Below, in pieces: positions 50,910-59,375 of a stretch of DNA of 64,000 nt. Under the pieces are notes generated by a model. That model worked only from the letters and a program-made list of their open reading frames with translations. It was not told where the DNA came from and did not search any database. Both the position numbers and the translations under genes were made by a program. Each line of letters begins with the position of its first letter. Positions within the stretch are counted from its first letter, which is position 1. Where the stretch lies: assembly GCF_051860505.1 (NCBI RefSeq), contig NZ_JBHYDX010000020.1, positions 9,057 to 73,056 of the forward strand. The letters run 5' to 3'. Source of the stretch: Pannonibacter sp. (GTDB taxonomy: Bacteria > Pseudomonadota > Alphaproteobacteria > Rhizobiales > Stappiaceae).

Positions 50910-52340
50910 TCAGGACTTTTGTCCGGCCGGCGTGACGACGCTGGCCGAAGGCTTCAGGAGATGATCCTGGTCCGGCGGCGTCAGATAGCCCGTAATCGGG
51001 TCGGCACTGAGATAGGCTTTTGCAACTGCCTGGATGTCGGCAGCGGTCACGGCAGAGATCTGGGCCGGCCAGGTCTGGACGTCCTCGATGCTCTGGCCAC
51101 TGGTCAGGGCTGACCCAAACAGGCGGGCGAGACCCATCTGGCTGTCCTGCGCATAAATCGCCGAGGAAACGAGGCTGTGCTTGGCCCGCTTGAGTTCGTC
51201 CTCGCCGATGCCGTTTGCGGCAATGTCACGGATCGCTGCTGTAAACTCGGCCTCAAGGTCCGCAAGGGTCGCCTCGCCACGTGGTGAGCCATAGAGCATG
51301 AAACGGGTGTTATCGAGCGCGGTGTCGAGGTAATAGGCGCCAATACTGACGGCAATCTGCTTGTCGAGAAATGCCGACTGGTACAGCCGGCTCGTCGGCC
51401 CGCCGCCGAGGATCTGCGCCAGCAGTTCCAGCGCTTCCGGCTCGTTTGCCTTGCCCGTCGCCTGGCTGGGAACCAGCCAGGTCCAGGAAACCGTCGGCTG
51501 ACGCACACGCTCGTCTTCCAGATGCACCGACCGGCGGCCGGCGAGCGGGGGCTCGGCCGGGCGCAGACGGGCTTCCGGTTCTGCCCGGCGCTCCACCTGG
51601 CCATAAGTCGCCTCGGCGAGCTTGCGCACCTCATCGGCATCAACGTCCCCGGCGACCACGAGAACGGCATTGTTGGGCGTGTAGAACCGGTCGTAGAAGT
51701 CGATGGCCGACTTGCTGTTCAGCGCCTCGATCTCGCTCTGCCAGCCGATCACCGGTGAACCATAGGGGTGGTTGACATAGGTCACTGCCGAGAGCGCCTC
51801 CTGCAGGCGCGAGGACGGATCGCTGTCGACCCGCATGCGTCGTTCCTCCAGCACCACATCGCGTTCCGGAGCAACGACCTCGTCGGTGAGGACGAGGTTC
51901 TGCATCCGGTCGGCTTCCAGTTCCATCATCAGGGGCAGATGTTCCTTGGCCACGCGCTGGAAATAGGCCGTGTAATCGTTGCTGGTGAAGGCATTTTCCT
52001 GGCCGCCGATGCTGGCAACCGTTGCCGAGAACTCGCCGTTGGGTCGTGTCTCGGTGCCCTTGAACATCAGGTGTTCCAGGAAATGCGCCACACCGGACTG
52101 ACCGGCCGGCTCATCCGCAGCCCCGACCCTGTACCAGATCATATGGGTGACCACCGGCGCGCGGCGATCCGGGATCACCACCACCTCAAGCCCGTTGGGC
52201 AGCGTGAAGTGGCTGAGATTGGCTGCAATGCGCGCCGGCTCGGTACCTTGCGCAAGGGCGATAGGGGCCAGCGGCGACAGCAGGGTAGCCGACAGGAGGG
52301 TTGCGGCAAGGCAACGGCGAAAGGCGGCGTTCATCCGCAT
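50910..52340 (-). CDS. M16 family zinc peptidase (insulinase/pitrilysin), catalytic subunit
   Basis: 476 aa. Inverted zinc motif HFLEH (GVAHFLEHLMFKGT) and a signal peptide ending ALAQG. Confidence 0.85.
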   Translation of the reverse strand: MRMNAAFRRCLAATLLSATLLSPLAPIALAQGTEPARIAANLSHFTLPNGLEVVVIPDRRAPVVTHMIWYRVGAADEPAGQSGVAHFLEHLMFKGTETRPNGEFSATVASIGGQENAFTSNDYTAYFQRVAKEHLPLMMELEADRMQNLVLTDEVVAPERDVVLEERRMRVDSDPSSRLQEALSAVTYVNHPYGSPVIGWQSEIEALNSKSAIDFYDRFYTPNNAVLVVAGDVDADEVRKLAEATYGQVERRAEPEARLRPAEPPLAGRRSVHLEDERVRQPTVSWTWLVPSQATGKANEPEALELLAQILGGGPTSRLYQSAFLDKQIAVSIGAYYLDTALDNTRFMLYGSPRGEATLADLEAEFTAAIRDIAANGIGEDELKRAKHSLVSSAIYAQDSQMGLARLFGSALTSGQSIEDVQTWPAQISAVTAADIQAVAKAYLSADPITGYLTPPDQDHLLKPSASVVTPAGQKS

Positions 52341-52663
52341 GGATCTCGGTCTCCCGGTCTGGCGCAGCCGAAGCAGCTGCGCGCGCTCGAAACAATGGCG
52401 TGATCCTGAATATGGGCGGGCAAGAGGCAGCGCGAAGTTAAATTTTCGTCATCCGCCGGTTTTCCGTCCCAAGTCGCTGCGCGCCTTGATGGGGAAATGG
52501 AACATCCGCATCGTTCCGTCGGGTGGATCCTTGCATGCTCCTCGGATGGGGGCCTGGTCTGCCGGGATCCGGTGTCGGATCCAACGCTTTCCCCATCTTG
52601 TCCTGACATGGAATTCGGCGTAGGCGATTTGCGGTCCAATCAAGTCAACACGCGGGAGCCGTC

Positions 52664-52867
52664 ATGATCGAAGAGCGGATCGAGAAGCTGGAAATCGACC
52701 TCGCCCACGCCAATCACACGATTGACGAGCTGAATGCCGTTGTCATCGAGCAGGGCAAGCAGATCGACCGGCTGACGCGCAAGCTGATGGACATGACCGA
52801 CCAGATCGAGGAACTGGTGGAAAGCGGCCTGCCGACCCACCGCGTCGACAAGCCGCCGCATTACTGA
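52664..52867 (+). CDS. slyX: SlyX family protein
   Basis: 67-aa coiled coil, MIEERIEKLEIDLAHANHTIDELNAVVIEQGKQIDRL... Confidence 0.8.
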   Translation: MIEERIEKLEIDLAHANHTIDELNAVVIEQGKQIDRLTRKLMDMTDQIEELVESGLPTHRVDKPPHY

Positions 52868-52921
52868 GCCAGACATTATGGCCCGGATTCAGGCCAGTCT
52901 CAGGTCTGTTTCAGGTCTGTT

Positions 52922-53935
52922 TCAGGCAGCCACGAAGCCGTTGATCATGGCGGCGATCACGCCAGCCTGGTTTGCCGTCACCTGCAGTGAGGCAAGATTG
53001 CGGTTGTAGACCGGGAAACTGCGGAAATAGTCGCGCGGATAATACTGGTCCCCGGCCTGGATCATCGGGCCAGTGACCGCCACCCCGTGCAGGCCCGGAT
53101 AGGAAGCACGCTGCTGGAAAGTGCCGAGCCGGGTGAAGTTCGCCCAAATCGTGCCACCTGCCACATTGCCCGCCGGACTGGGATAGACTTGCGCCTGATA
53201 GTAGGCGCGGAGGTTGTTGACATCGATCAGACTGTGGCCGACATGCACATTCGCCCGGTCGTTCGGGATCAGGGCCAGGGCGTTCCCAAAGTTGTTACCG
53301 GTCGCCTGCGCCGTGGCAACCTGGTTGGCGGCAATGGGGAAATCCATCAGGCACAGGGGCCGATAGCGCTTGTTGACATCGCTGCCGAAAAAGGCGCTCT
53401 TCCAGCCGGAGCGCTTGAAGGCCCAGAACGTGCCGGCGAGATCACCTGCGGTGACATAGACGACGCGGGTCAGGCCGGTCACATTGCTGGCTGCATTGGC
53501 ATTGACCAGTTCGTCGGTCGTGATCAACTGGGCAACGTTCTGAAGGGCCGCCAGGGTCTGCGCGAAATCGGTTCCCGAAACTCCCAGCCGCACATAGACA
53601 TAGTATTTGCTCTTGTAGACCGGGTCAGCCACCGCCTCCCAACTGCTCGACAGCGCGTTGCGCGGGTTCTGCATATCGCCCAGCAGACCAGCAACCGCGA
53701 AATACAGCCGCGTGCCGGCCGTGGTTGCAACAAAGCCATGCTCGTGCAGCGGCCGCAGCCGCAGCGTGTTGTTGCTGATCGCCGAGCCATAATAGACGCT
53801 TGGCATCTGCGCCGGCGTCAAAGCGAGGTGATTGAGATAATCTCCGGCATCCGCCGCCGGCTCGAGGCGTACCGTGCCGAAACCGGCGTTGTTTGCGTTG
53901 ATCATCATCAGGCTGGGGTCGTCTTGTGCCGGCAT
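52922..53935 (-). CDS. hypothetical protein, no recognisable family (337 aa)
   Basis: Start at the ATG at 53935 (MPAQDDPSLMMINANN), with GAGGA 7 nt upstream. The track start at 53989 lacks an RBS. No signal peptide or TM segment. N/A/G/Y/F-rich and K/E-poor, which suggests a beta-rich fold. Confidence 0.55.
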   Translation of the reverse strand: MPAQDDPSLMMINANNAGFGTVRLEPAADAGDYLNHLALTPAQMPSVYYGSAISNNTLRLRPLHEHGFVATTAGTRLYFAVAGLLGDMQNPRNALSSSWEAVADPVYKSKYYVYVRLGVSGTDFAQTLAALQNVAQLITTDELVNANAASNVTGLTRVVYVTAGDLAGTFWAFKRSGWKSAFFGSDVNKRYRPLCLMDFPIAANQVATAQATGNNFGNALALIPNDRANVHVGHSLIDVNNLRAYYQAQVYPSPAGNVAGGTIWANFTRLGTFQQRASYPGLHGVAVTGPMIQAGDQYYPRDYFRSFPVYNRNLASLQVTANQAGVIAAMINGFVAA

Positions 53936-54046
53936 GGGCGGGTCCTCATGACTGCGGGAGGTTGCGCCTCCCGATCTGGACAGGGTCATGAGTGGAGACG
54001 CGCGTTACGCGCGGCTGTGACGCCATGAAGGCACAAAGCGGACCGC

Positions 54047-54775
54047 TCAGCCTGGGGCCAATTCCGGGCGCTGCGCTGCAGCCATCACCAACAGGATCAC
54101 AACCGGCAGCAGCAGGGCCCAGAACCCGAGATGCATCATGCCGAAGCCGGCCATCAGCCCCCCGCTGACGAAGGCCAGGATGACCTGCGCGTGCTGGATC
54201 GCCCGCGCCCGCGCATCGGTGACCTGGTCCGGTGCCGCGGGGGTTGTCGCGAGCCAGCCGGACACCAGTCCGGCTATCAGCCGCATTGTGTTGCCAGTCA
54301 TGAAAGTGGTCGGGGCATGGTAGCTTAGCAGCTCGCTCATGATCACGTTCTGCAGCGACATGGCGAGGGTCGAGATCACGACAGCAGCGATGGTCGCCAT
54401 TGCAAGCGGGTGCTCCAGCGGCCCAGCCAGCAGGGCGACCAGCATGAAGCAAAGGAGGATCGCCGCCTCCAGCGTCAACAGCGGGGCAAGACGCAGGCGG
54501 CCGGCCGCCTTGAGACGAACAACCAGTTCATACCATCCAAGCGTTGCCGCGAAGAAGGTCGCAAGGACAACGAGTTTCAGCTTTGCATCATCCGGCAAGG
54601 TGAAGATTTCCGTGCACAGAACCACAAGCGTACCGGTGACAAAGGCAGTGAAGGTGTGAAACAGGCCCAGCACGCAGATGACGTCGACATAACAGGCGCA
54701 AAACGCCAGCATCATGGCCGCCGGAGGCTTCGCCGGATCAAACAGCCCAAGCTTGCCCGCCTGTTCACCACCCAT
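54047..54775 (-). CDS. YoaK/DUF1275 family inner-membrane protein
   Basis: 242 aa, polytopic. Characteristic FTAFVTGT and TTFMTGN motifs. GGAGGA RBS. Confidence 0.75.
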   Translation of the reverse strand: MGGEQAGKLGLFDPAKPPAAMMLAFCACYVDVICVLGLFHTFTAFVTGTLVVLCTEIFTLPDDAKLKLVVLATFFAATLGWYELVVRLKAAGRLRLAPLLTLEAAILLCFMLVALLAGPLEHPLAMATIAAVVISTLAMSLQNVIMSELLSYHAPTTFMTGNTMRLIAGLVSGWLATTPAAPDQVTDARARAIQHAQVILAFVSGGLMAGFGMMHLGFWALLLPVVILLVMAAAQRPELAPG

Positions 54776-55080
54776 GCGCCAGTCCTCCCGCCGGTCGAAT
54801 TGTCTGAAAGTGGCTTGGCGACGTTAAGGAGTTGTTGACCAGCTCGGGCAAGGCTCAAGAAAAGCTTGAGGATGTGGCCCGGTGAAGTTCTTGACCCAAC
54901 TCAGTACTCATGGCATAAGCGCCCCATCATCAAGAGTAGGGCTGGCGCCCTCGCCAACCTGCCCGGCCGGGCAAGGTGGTCTCCGCAGAGGGATGTGGCT
55001 GGAAACTCGTTTCCGGCAACCAAGCGGTCCGGTACTACAATGCGCCAGTCCTCCTCGGGCAACCGATGGAGGATTTTTTA

Positions 55081-55389
55081 ATGTCGAACGAGAGTAAGGC
55101 CATGACCGTTTCTCCCCTCCTTGTCGTTTCCGGGGTGCAGCCGGCTGACCTGGGCGTTTTTCCCGCCTATGACCAGCTGACCACCTCGGAGTTTTATGTC
55201 CTGCAGCGCCTGCGCCAGTTCAAACTGCGCTCAGTCCTGCGCCGTCCCCATGCGCCGCTGACCTCAGAGATGCGCAAGACCCGGATTGAAGGGCTCATGT
55301 CCCTGTGGAACTCCGGGTGTTCGAAAGCCATCGACGAAAATCTCTACGCCGATCTCGAGCGTCGCGCCCGGCAGATCCTTCGCGGATAA
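55081..55389 (+). CDS. hypothetical protein (102 aa)
   Basis: The ATG at 55081 is preceded by GGAGGA-N8. Product MSNESKAMTVSPLLVVSGVQPADLG... matches no family I recognise. The track ORF starts at 54976. Confidence 0.5.
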   Translation: MSNESKAMTVSPLLVVSGVQPADLGVFPAYDQLTTSEFYVLQRLRQFKLRSVLRRPHAPLTSEMRKTRIEGLMSLWNSGCSKAIDENLYADLERRARQILRG

Positions 55390-55565
55390 GCCGCACCAGA
55401 CCCTTTTCCCAGATCAAGTCCGTTCCATTGCACGCTGCAAAGCGATGCGGGGCGACAGATGTTGCCGGGGCATGCCCCGGTAACCGGTAGCGGCTGCGCA
55501 CCAGTTCGCCACAGCCACGACAGAGCCAGTGAAGGGGCGCCGGCCAGCCGCGCCCCAACTGGCCG

Positions 55566-55979
55566 TTATTCGACTGCGGTTCCTTCCGGCGGTACCGGCA
55601 CCGGCCGGCCGTCGTCATCCACGGCCACAAAAGTGAAGGTGGCTTCCGTGACCTTTTCCCGGCGGCCAAACCTGTGGCGCAACGCCCAGGCTTCCAGGTT
55701 GATTTCCATCGACGTGCGCCCGACCCGGCCGACGCGCGAATAGACGCAGAGCACATCGCCCACATGCACCGGCCGGATGAACTTCATCTTGTCGACTGCA
55801 ATGGTCACCACACGGCATCCGGACCGTTGTCCGGCGGCAATGCCGCCGGCCAGATCCATCTGGGACAGCACCCAGCCGCCGAAAATATCGCCAGCGGCGT
55901 TGGTATCGGCCGGCATGGCCATTGTGCGCAGGGTCAGGTCGCCGCTCGGGGCTTCGGTTTCATCAGCGGCCACGGCCAC
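55566..55979 (-). CDS. acyl-CoA thioesterase, YciA-like hotdog fold
   Basis: 137 aa. LRTMAMPADTNAAGDIFGGWVLSQMDLAGG is the canonical YciA/BFIT motif. Confidence 0.85.
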   Translation of the reverse strand: MAVAADETEAPSGDLTLRTMAMPADTNAAGDIFGGWVLSQMDLAGGIAAGQRSGCRVVTIAVDKMKFIRPVHVGDVLCVYSRVGRVGRTSMEINLEAWALRHRFGRREKVTEATFTFVAVDDDGRPVPVPPEGTAVE

Positions 55980-56018
55980 GGCAGATCTCCATTTGAGGTG
56001 TCTTGATCGGGGGGAGGC

Positions 56019-56723
56019 TCAGAGCGTTGCGGCCTTTTGCAGGATTTCCGGTCTCTCCAGACAATAGTAGCCAGAGATCCGGGTGATCGTGCCAAGCCGC
56101 TTCCAGTCGTTGAGCACGCGGCTGACGTTCTCGCGCGCGGCTCCCGCCATGTTGGCGATTTCCGACTGGCTAAGCTTGTAGTGGATGAGGATACGGCCGT
56201 TGTCGAGCGGCTTGCCGAATGTCTCGGACAATTGCAGCAGCGTCTGAGCCACCCGGCCCGGCAGCGGCAGGAACGAGCGGGCCGCCAGCACGTCGTTGGA
56301 ATGGCGCAGCCGTTTGCCGACGATCGACAGCATATGCCGGTAAAGTTGCGGGTTTTCATCGGCGAAGCGCTCGAAGGCTTGCTTGTCGATGAAGGCAAGG
56401 CGCGCGGCCTTCAGGGCCGAGACGGTCGCCGAGCGCGGTCGGCCATCCAGCAGCGCCAGTTCGCCGACCAGATCGCCCGGCCCCAGCACGGCCAGCAGTT
56501 GTTCGTCCCCCTCGACCGAGAGGATCGACACCTTCAGCGACCCTTCCAGAATGGCATAGCAGCCATTGCCGGGATCCCCCGCCTCGAACAGAATCGCCGC
56601 CGCATTGACCTTCATCGGCCGCGCCAGCTTGCTGAGCCCGTCTGCAAGTTCGCAGGGCAGGCCCTGCAAGGTGAAACTGTTTTCCAGAAAGCCAGCGAGA
56701 TCCGCCACGGCTGATGCCCCCAC
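56019..56723 (-). CDS. Crp/Fnr family transcriptional regulator
   Basis: 234 aa. cNMP-binding domain (GDLVGELALLDGRPRSATV) and C-terminal HTH (SQSEIANMAGAARENVSRVLNDW). GTG start. No N-terminal Cys cluster, so it is not an Fnr-type O2 sensor. Confidence 0.85.
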   Translation of the reverse strand: MGASAVADLAGFLENSFTLQGLPCELADGLSKLARPMKVNAAAILFEAGDPGNGCYAILEGSLKVSILSVEGDEQLLAVLGPGDLVGELALLDGRPRSATVSALKAARLAFIDKQAFERFADENPQLYRHMLSIVGKRLRHSNDVLAARSFLPLPGRVAQTLLQLSETFGKPLDNGRILIHYKLSQSEIANMAGAARENVSRVLNDWKRLGTITRISGYYCLERPEILQKAATL

Positions 56724-56770
56724 AGCACGTCTGTCATCGGCCAGCGTCAGGAGTGCCGGCCCCGCACTTC

Positions 56771-56786
56771 TGTGACCTGTATCACG
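56771..56786. promoter_or_regulatory. CRP-like site TGTGACCTGTATCACG
   Basis: Matches TGTGA-N6-TCACA at 9 of 10 positions. It lies about 50 bp upstream of the Crp-family gene, and 20 nt separate its 3' end from a CTATAT -10-like hexamer (56807..56812) on the + strand. Confidence 0.45.
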
Positions 56787-56818
56787 TGCACTGTCTCAAA
56801 CTCGGCCTATATGTACAA

Positions 56819-56906
56819 GCAGGGAAGCAACAGACCTCCGGCTTCCTCCAACGTCCGTCCAAAGGACAGGTACGAAAGGCAGCCCTTCCCCGCGGGCTGC
56901 TTTTTC
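56819..56906 (+). ncRNA. candidate ~90-nt small RNA
   Basis: Bounded by a CTATAT -10-like hexamer and an intrinsic terminator (GGCAGCCC-N8-GGGCTGC-TTTTTCGTTTG, 56879..56910). No coding potential. Internal hairpin GGAAGC...GCTTCC and a C/U-rich CUUCCUCC anti-SD-like stretch. Confidence 0.35.
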
Positions 56907-56916
56907 GTTTGCAGGG

Positions 56917-57714
56917 TCAGTAGAGAAAGATGTCCTTCTCGGCGAGGGTATTGAAAAACGTCTGGCTCGCCAGCACGCGCCTTTGCACCTCGCGCTGTTC
57001 CACCTGCGTCTGCCGCTCGAGCCGGCGCAGGCGGTCATCGGCTTCCCCGGGCCGGCAGACGACCACTGCCCTGTCCGGCAATCCATCGAAATGCAGCCGC
57101 AATGCTGCCTGCAACGCCGCCTCGTCCTCCAGATCCGGCAGCCGCGGTCCGCAGGGCAGCGTGTCAAGACCGTGCCGCGCCGCGAAGCGGGCAAACCGCC
57201 GCGCTTCCCAGCCATCGGCCTGAGGGTAAACCAGCAGCGGAAGGGGGGCGACAGACTGGTTCTCCAGCGCCGCCAGCAGCAGCCGCGCCACCGGGCGATG
57301 GCGTATCAGGCCGTTGCGCAGGGTGAGGAATTGCGGCGCCGCGCCCCAATAGTCCTGAAACCGCACAATCTGGGCCTCAAGTTCCGCGACAATCACTTCA
57401 TCTGGCAGAAGCCCGGTCACAGACCTGCGCGCATACCAGGCTGGAGATTTGAAGGCCTCGCCGAACGTCGACAGCCAGCGCTGGCTCTGAGGCTTGAGGC
57501 CTGGCCCGCTGAGCACGGCCGTCAGCCCGACCAGGCCATGTCCGCCGACCTCGTCGGCCACCTCGCGCAAGGGCTTGTATTCGCGGGTCCACAGGTCAGA
57601 TGCGACAAGACAGCCGACAGCGCTAAGTCGGCCCTTCGACAGAAGATCGCGCAATGCCCGGTCGATACCGAAGGCAAGGCCATAGTCGACCGCCGCAAGC
57701 GTGATCCGCTTCAT
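56917..57714 (-). CDS. YdjC/ChbG/HpnK (NaxD-like) family deacetylase
   Basis: Start at the ATG at 57714 (MKRITLAAVDYGLAFGIDRAL...). It is the last gene of the GT2-GT39 operon. Confidence 0.7.
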   Translation of the reverse strand: MKRITLAAVDYGLAFGIDRALRDLLSKGRLSAVGCLVASDLWTREYKPLREVADEVGGHGLVGLTAVLSGPGLKPQSQRWLSTFGEAFKSPAWYARRSVTGLLPDEVIVAELEAQIVRFQDYWGAAPQFLTLRNGLIRHRPVARLLLAALENQSVAPLPLLVYPQADGWEARRFARFAARHGLDTLPCGPRLPDLEDEAALQAALRLHFDGLPDRAVVVCRPGEADDRLRRLERQTQVEQREVQRRVLASQTFFNTLAEKDIFLY

Positions 57715-57827
57715 GTCTGCCCCCACTCGCATGCCGCTGCGAGACCCCTGCCTTTCTGACTACGGCATTTCCAGGGGAAAAGGCAATGATTTCTGCAGGT
57801 TCAGGTCCAGGAGCCGCGCTACCCCTG

Positions 57828-59375
57828 TCAGGGTGCGTTGCCGGAAAGCCACGTCTGCGGGTTGATCGGCTCAAGCGGGACCCGCACCGGATTCGCTAGC
57901 CTGTAGACGACCAGATCTTCGAGCGGCGTTCCCAATACGCTTCGGGTCAGGGTCGCAACGGGCGTCACCTCCCCGTAAAGTGCTTCCAGCTTGACCCTTT
58001 CATCGCGGCGGGCTTCTGCGACATAGAGCCCGGTCGCTGCCAGCCGTTCCCGGTCGGGCGGGGGCATCATCACATAGCGGATGCGCTCGGTGAGCTGGTT
58101 GACCGGCAGGCCGGCGTGGCGCAACCCATAGGCCAACTGGCCGGTCAGGCCATAACCGGTGGTCGCCACATAGGCCGCGCCTTCCTGCGCCGCAATCCGC
58201 TCGACCTCGCCGGTGATTTCAGGCCAGCCGCGCAGCTGGAATGTCGGATCCTTGCGCGCGAACCGGCCGGTAAAGGCATCGACGGCGTGCAACTGCACCA
58301 CGATCCCAAGCGTCAACCCGATCCCGATCGCGGCAATCGCGACCCCGCGCCAGATCCGCCCGGTCTGGCCGCTGATGAACACCGCCGCCATCACGCAGGC
58401 AACCGGGAACAGGGGCGCCGGCCAGTTGCCCTGCACCCGCGAGTGCAGCGCATGGAACAGAAGATAGGCCAGGAACGGCAGCGAGGTCAGAAGCAGCAGC
58501 CCGGCCGCCCCGTTGTCGTGCCGCAGACGCCGCGCCAGCAGCCCGGCACCGGCGACGGCCGGCACCGCGATCAGCGGATTGAGCAGGCCCACAAAAGCGC
58601 CGATGAATTCGAACATGTATTTGCTCGTCCAGCCGCCGCCGCGGCCGGCACGGCCGAACTGCTTGTAGAACGAGGCCCAGTCGTGGGCGTGGTTCCAGAC
58701 AAGCGCCGGGGCGAACACGGCAATCGCCAGCGCACCGCCTGCCCAAAGCTGCCAGCAAAGGAGCCAGCGCCGGGCCGTGGGAACGGCCAGCAGCCACAGC
58801 ACGATGCCAACGCCAAGGAAAAGCACCGAGTATTTCGACAGCAGGCCGCAGCCGGCGAACAGGCCCACGGCCAGCCACCAGTTGGCCCGACCGGACACAT
58901 GCAGTTCCGCCAGCGCCCAAAGCGCCAGACCCCAGAACAGCACCGAGGGCGCATCCGGCGTGATCAGGATCCCGCCAATGCCGACCAGCAGCGTCGCATT
59001 GAGAAACAGCACCGAGAGGCCCGCGACCTTGCGGTCAAACAGGATGTCCGCCATCCGCCACAGCGCCAGCGATCCAACGGCCGCCGACAAGACCCCCATC
59101 AGCCGAAGGCCCAGCGCCGTGTCACCGGCCACCGCCTGGCCGAGCCAGATCCACCAGCCGACCATCGGCGGATGATCATAGTAGCCAAGGGCCGGGTAGA
59201 GTCCCCAGAGCCGGTAATAGGCCTCGTCCTCGACCAGTCCGGCATTGTCCGCGCTCCACAGACGGAACACGGTCAGAAGAACGACCACCCCCAGCACGAA
59301 CCGCGGCGCCAGCCAGGCCGGCAGGTCACCGCCGCCATGACGGTGCGCGGCGGCGCCAGGGTACGGGCCGCTCAT
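57828..59375 (-). CDS. ArnT/PMT_2-like (GT39/GT83-type) polyprenyl-phosphate-sugar-dependent glycosyltransferase
   Basis: Start at 59375 forms an ATGA overlap with the upstream stop. Polytopic, with an N-terminal DEAYY motif (LVEDEAYYRLWGLYPALGYYDHPPM). Confidence 0.8.
   Translation of the reverse strand: MSGPYPGAAAHRHGGGDLPAWLAPRFVLGVVVLLTVFRLWSADNAGLVEDEAYYRLWGLYPALGYYDHPPMVGWWIWLGQAVAGDTALGLRLMGVLSAAVGSLALWRMADILFDRKVAGLSVLFLNATLLVGIGGILITPDAPSVLFWGLALWALAELHVSGRANWWLAVGLFAGCGLLSKYSVLFLGVGIVLWLLAVPTARRWLLCWQLWAGGALAIAVFAPALVWNHAHDWASFYKQFGRAGRGGGWTSKYMFEFIGAFVGLLNPLIAVPAVAGAGLLARRLRHDNGAAGLLLLTSLPFLAYLLFHALHSRVQGNWPAPLFPVACVMAAVFISGQTGRIWRGVAIAAIGIGLTLGIVVQLHAVDAFTGRFARKDPTFQLRGWPEITGEVERIAAQEGAAYVATTGYGLTGQLAYGLRHAGLPVNQLTERIRYVMMPPPDRERLAATGLYVAEARRDERVKLEALYGEVTPVATLTRSVLGTPLEDLVVYRLANPVRVPLEPINPQTWLSGNAP

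Noticed and set aside
54930-55040. Weak resemblance (CGCCAACCUG...) to the 5' part of bacterial SRP (4.5S) RNA.
   Set aside because: The invariant GGUCCGGAAGGAAGCAGCC domain IV sequence is absent, so it is not ffs.
54866-55081. Possible upstream ORFs in the leader of the 102-aa gene, including a 13-codon MRQSSSGNRWRIF ending in a TAATG overlap.
   Set aside because: No Shine-Dalgarno precedes it and there is no informative codon content. I treat it as leader RNA rather than a coding uORF.
56879-56910. The hairpin read solely as the terminator of the minus-strand deacetylase operon.
   Set aside because: Not fully rejected, because it probably works in both directions. The uninterrupted U-run is on the + strand side, which is why the + strand sRNA hypothesis is kept as a finding.
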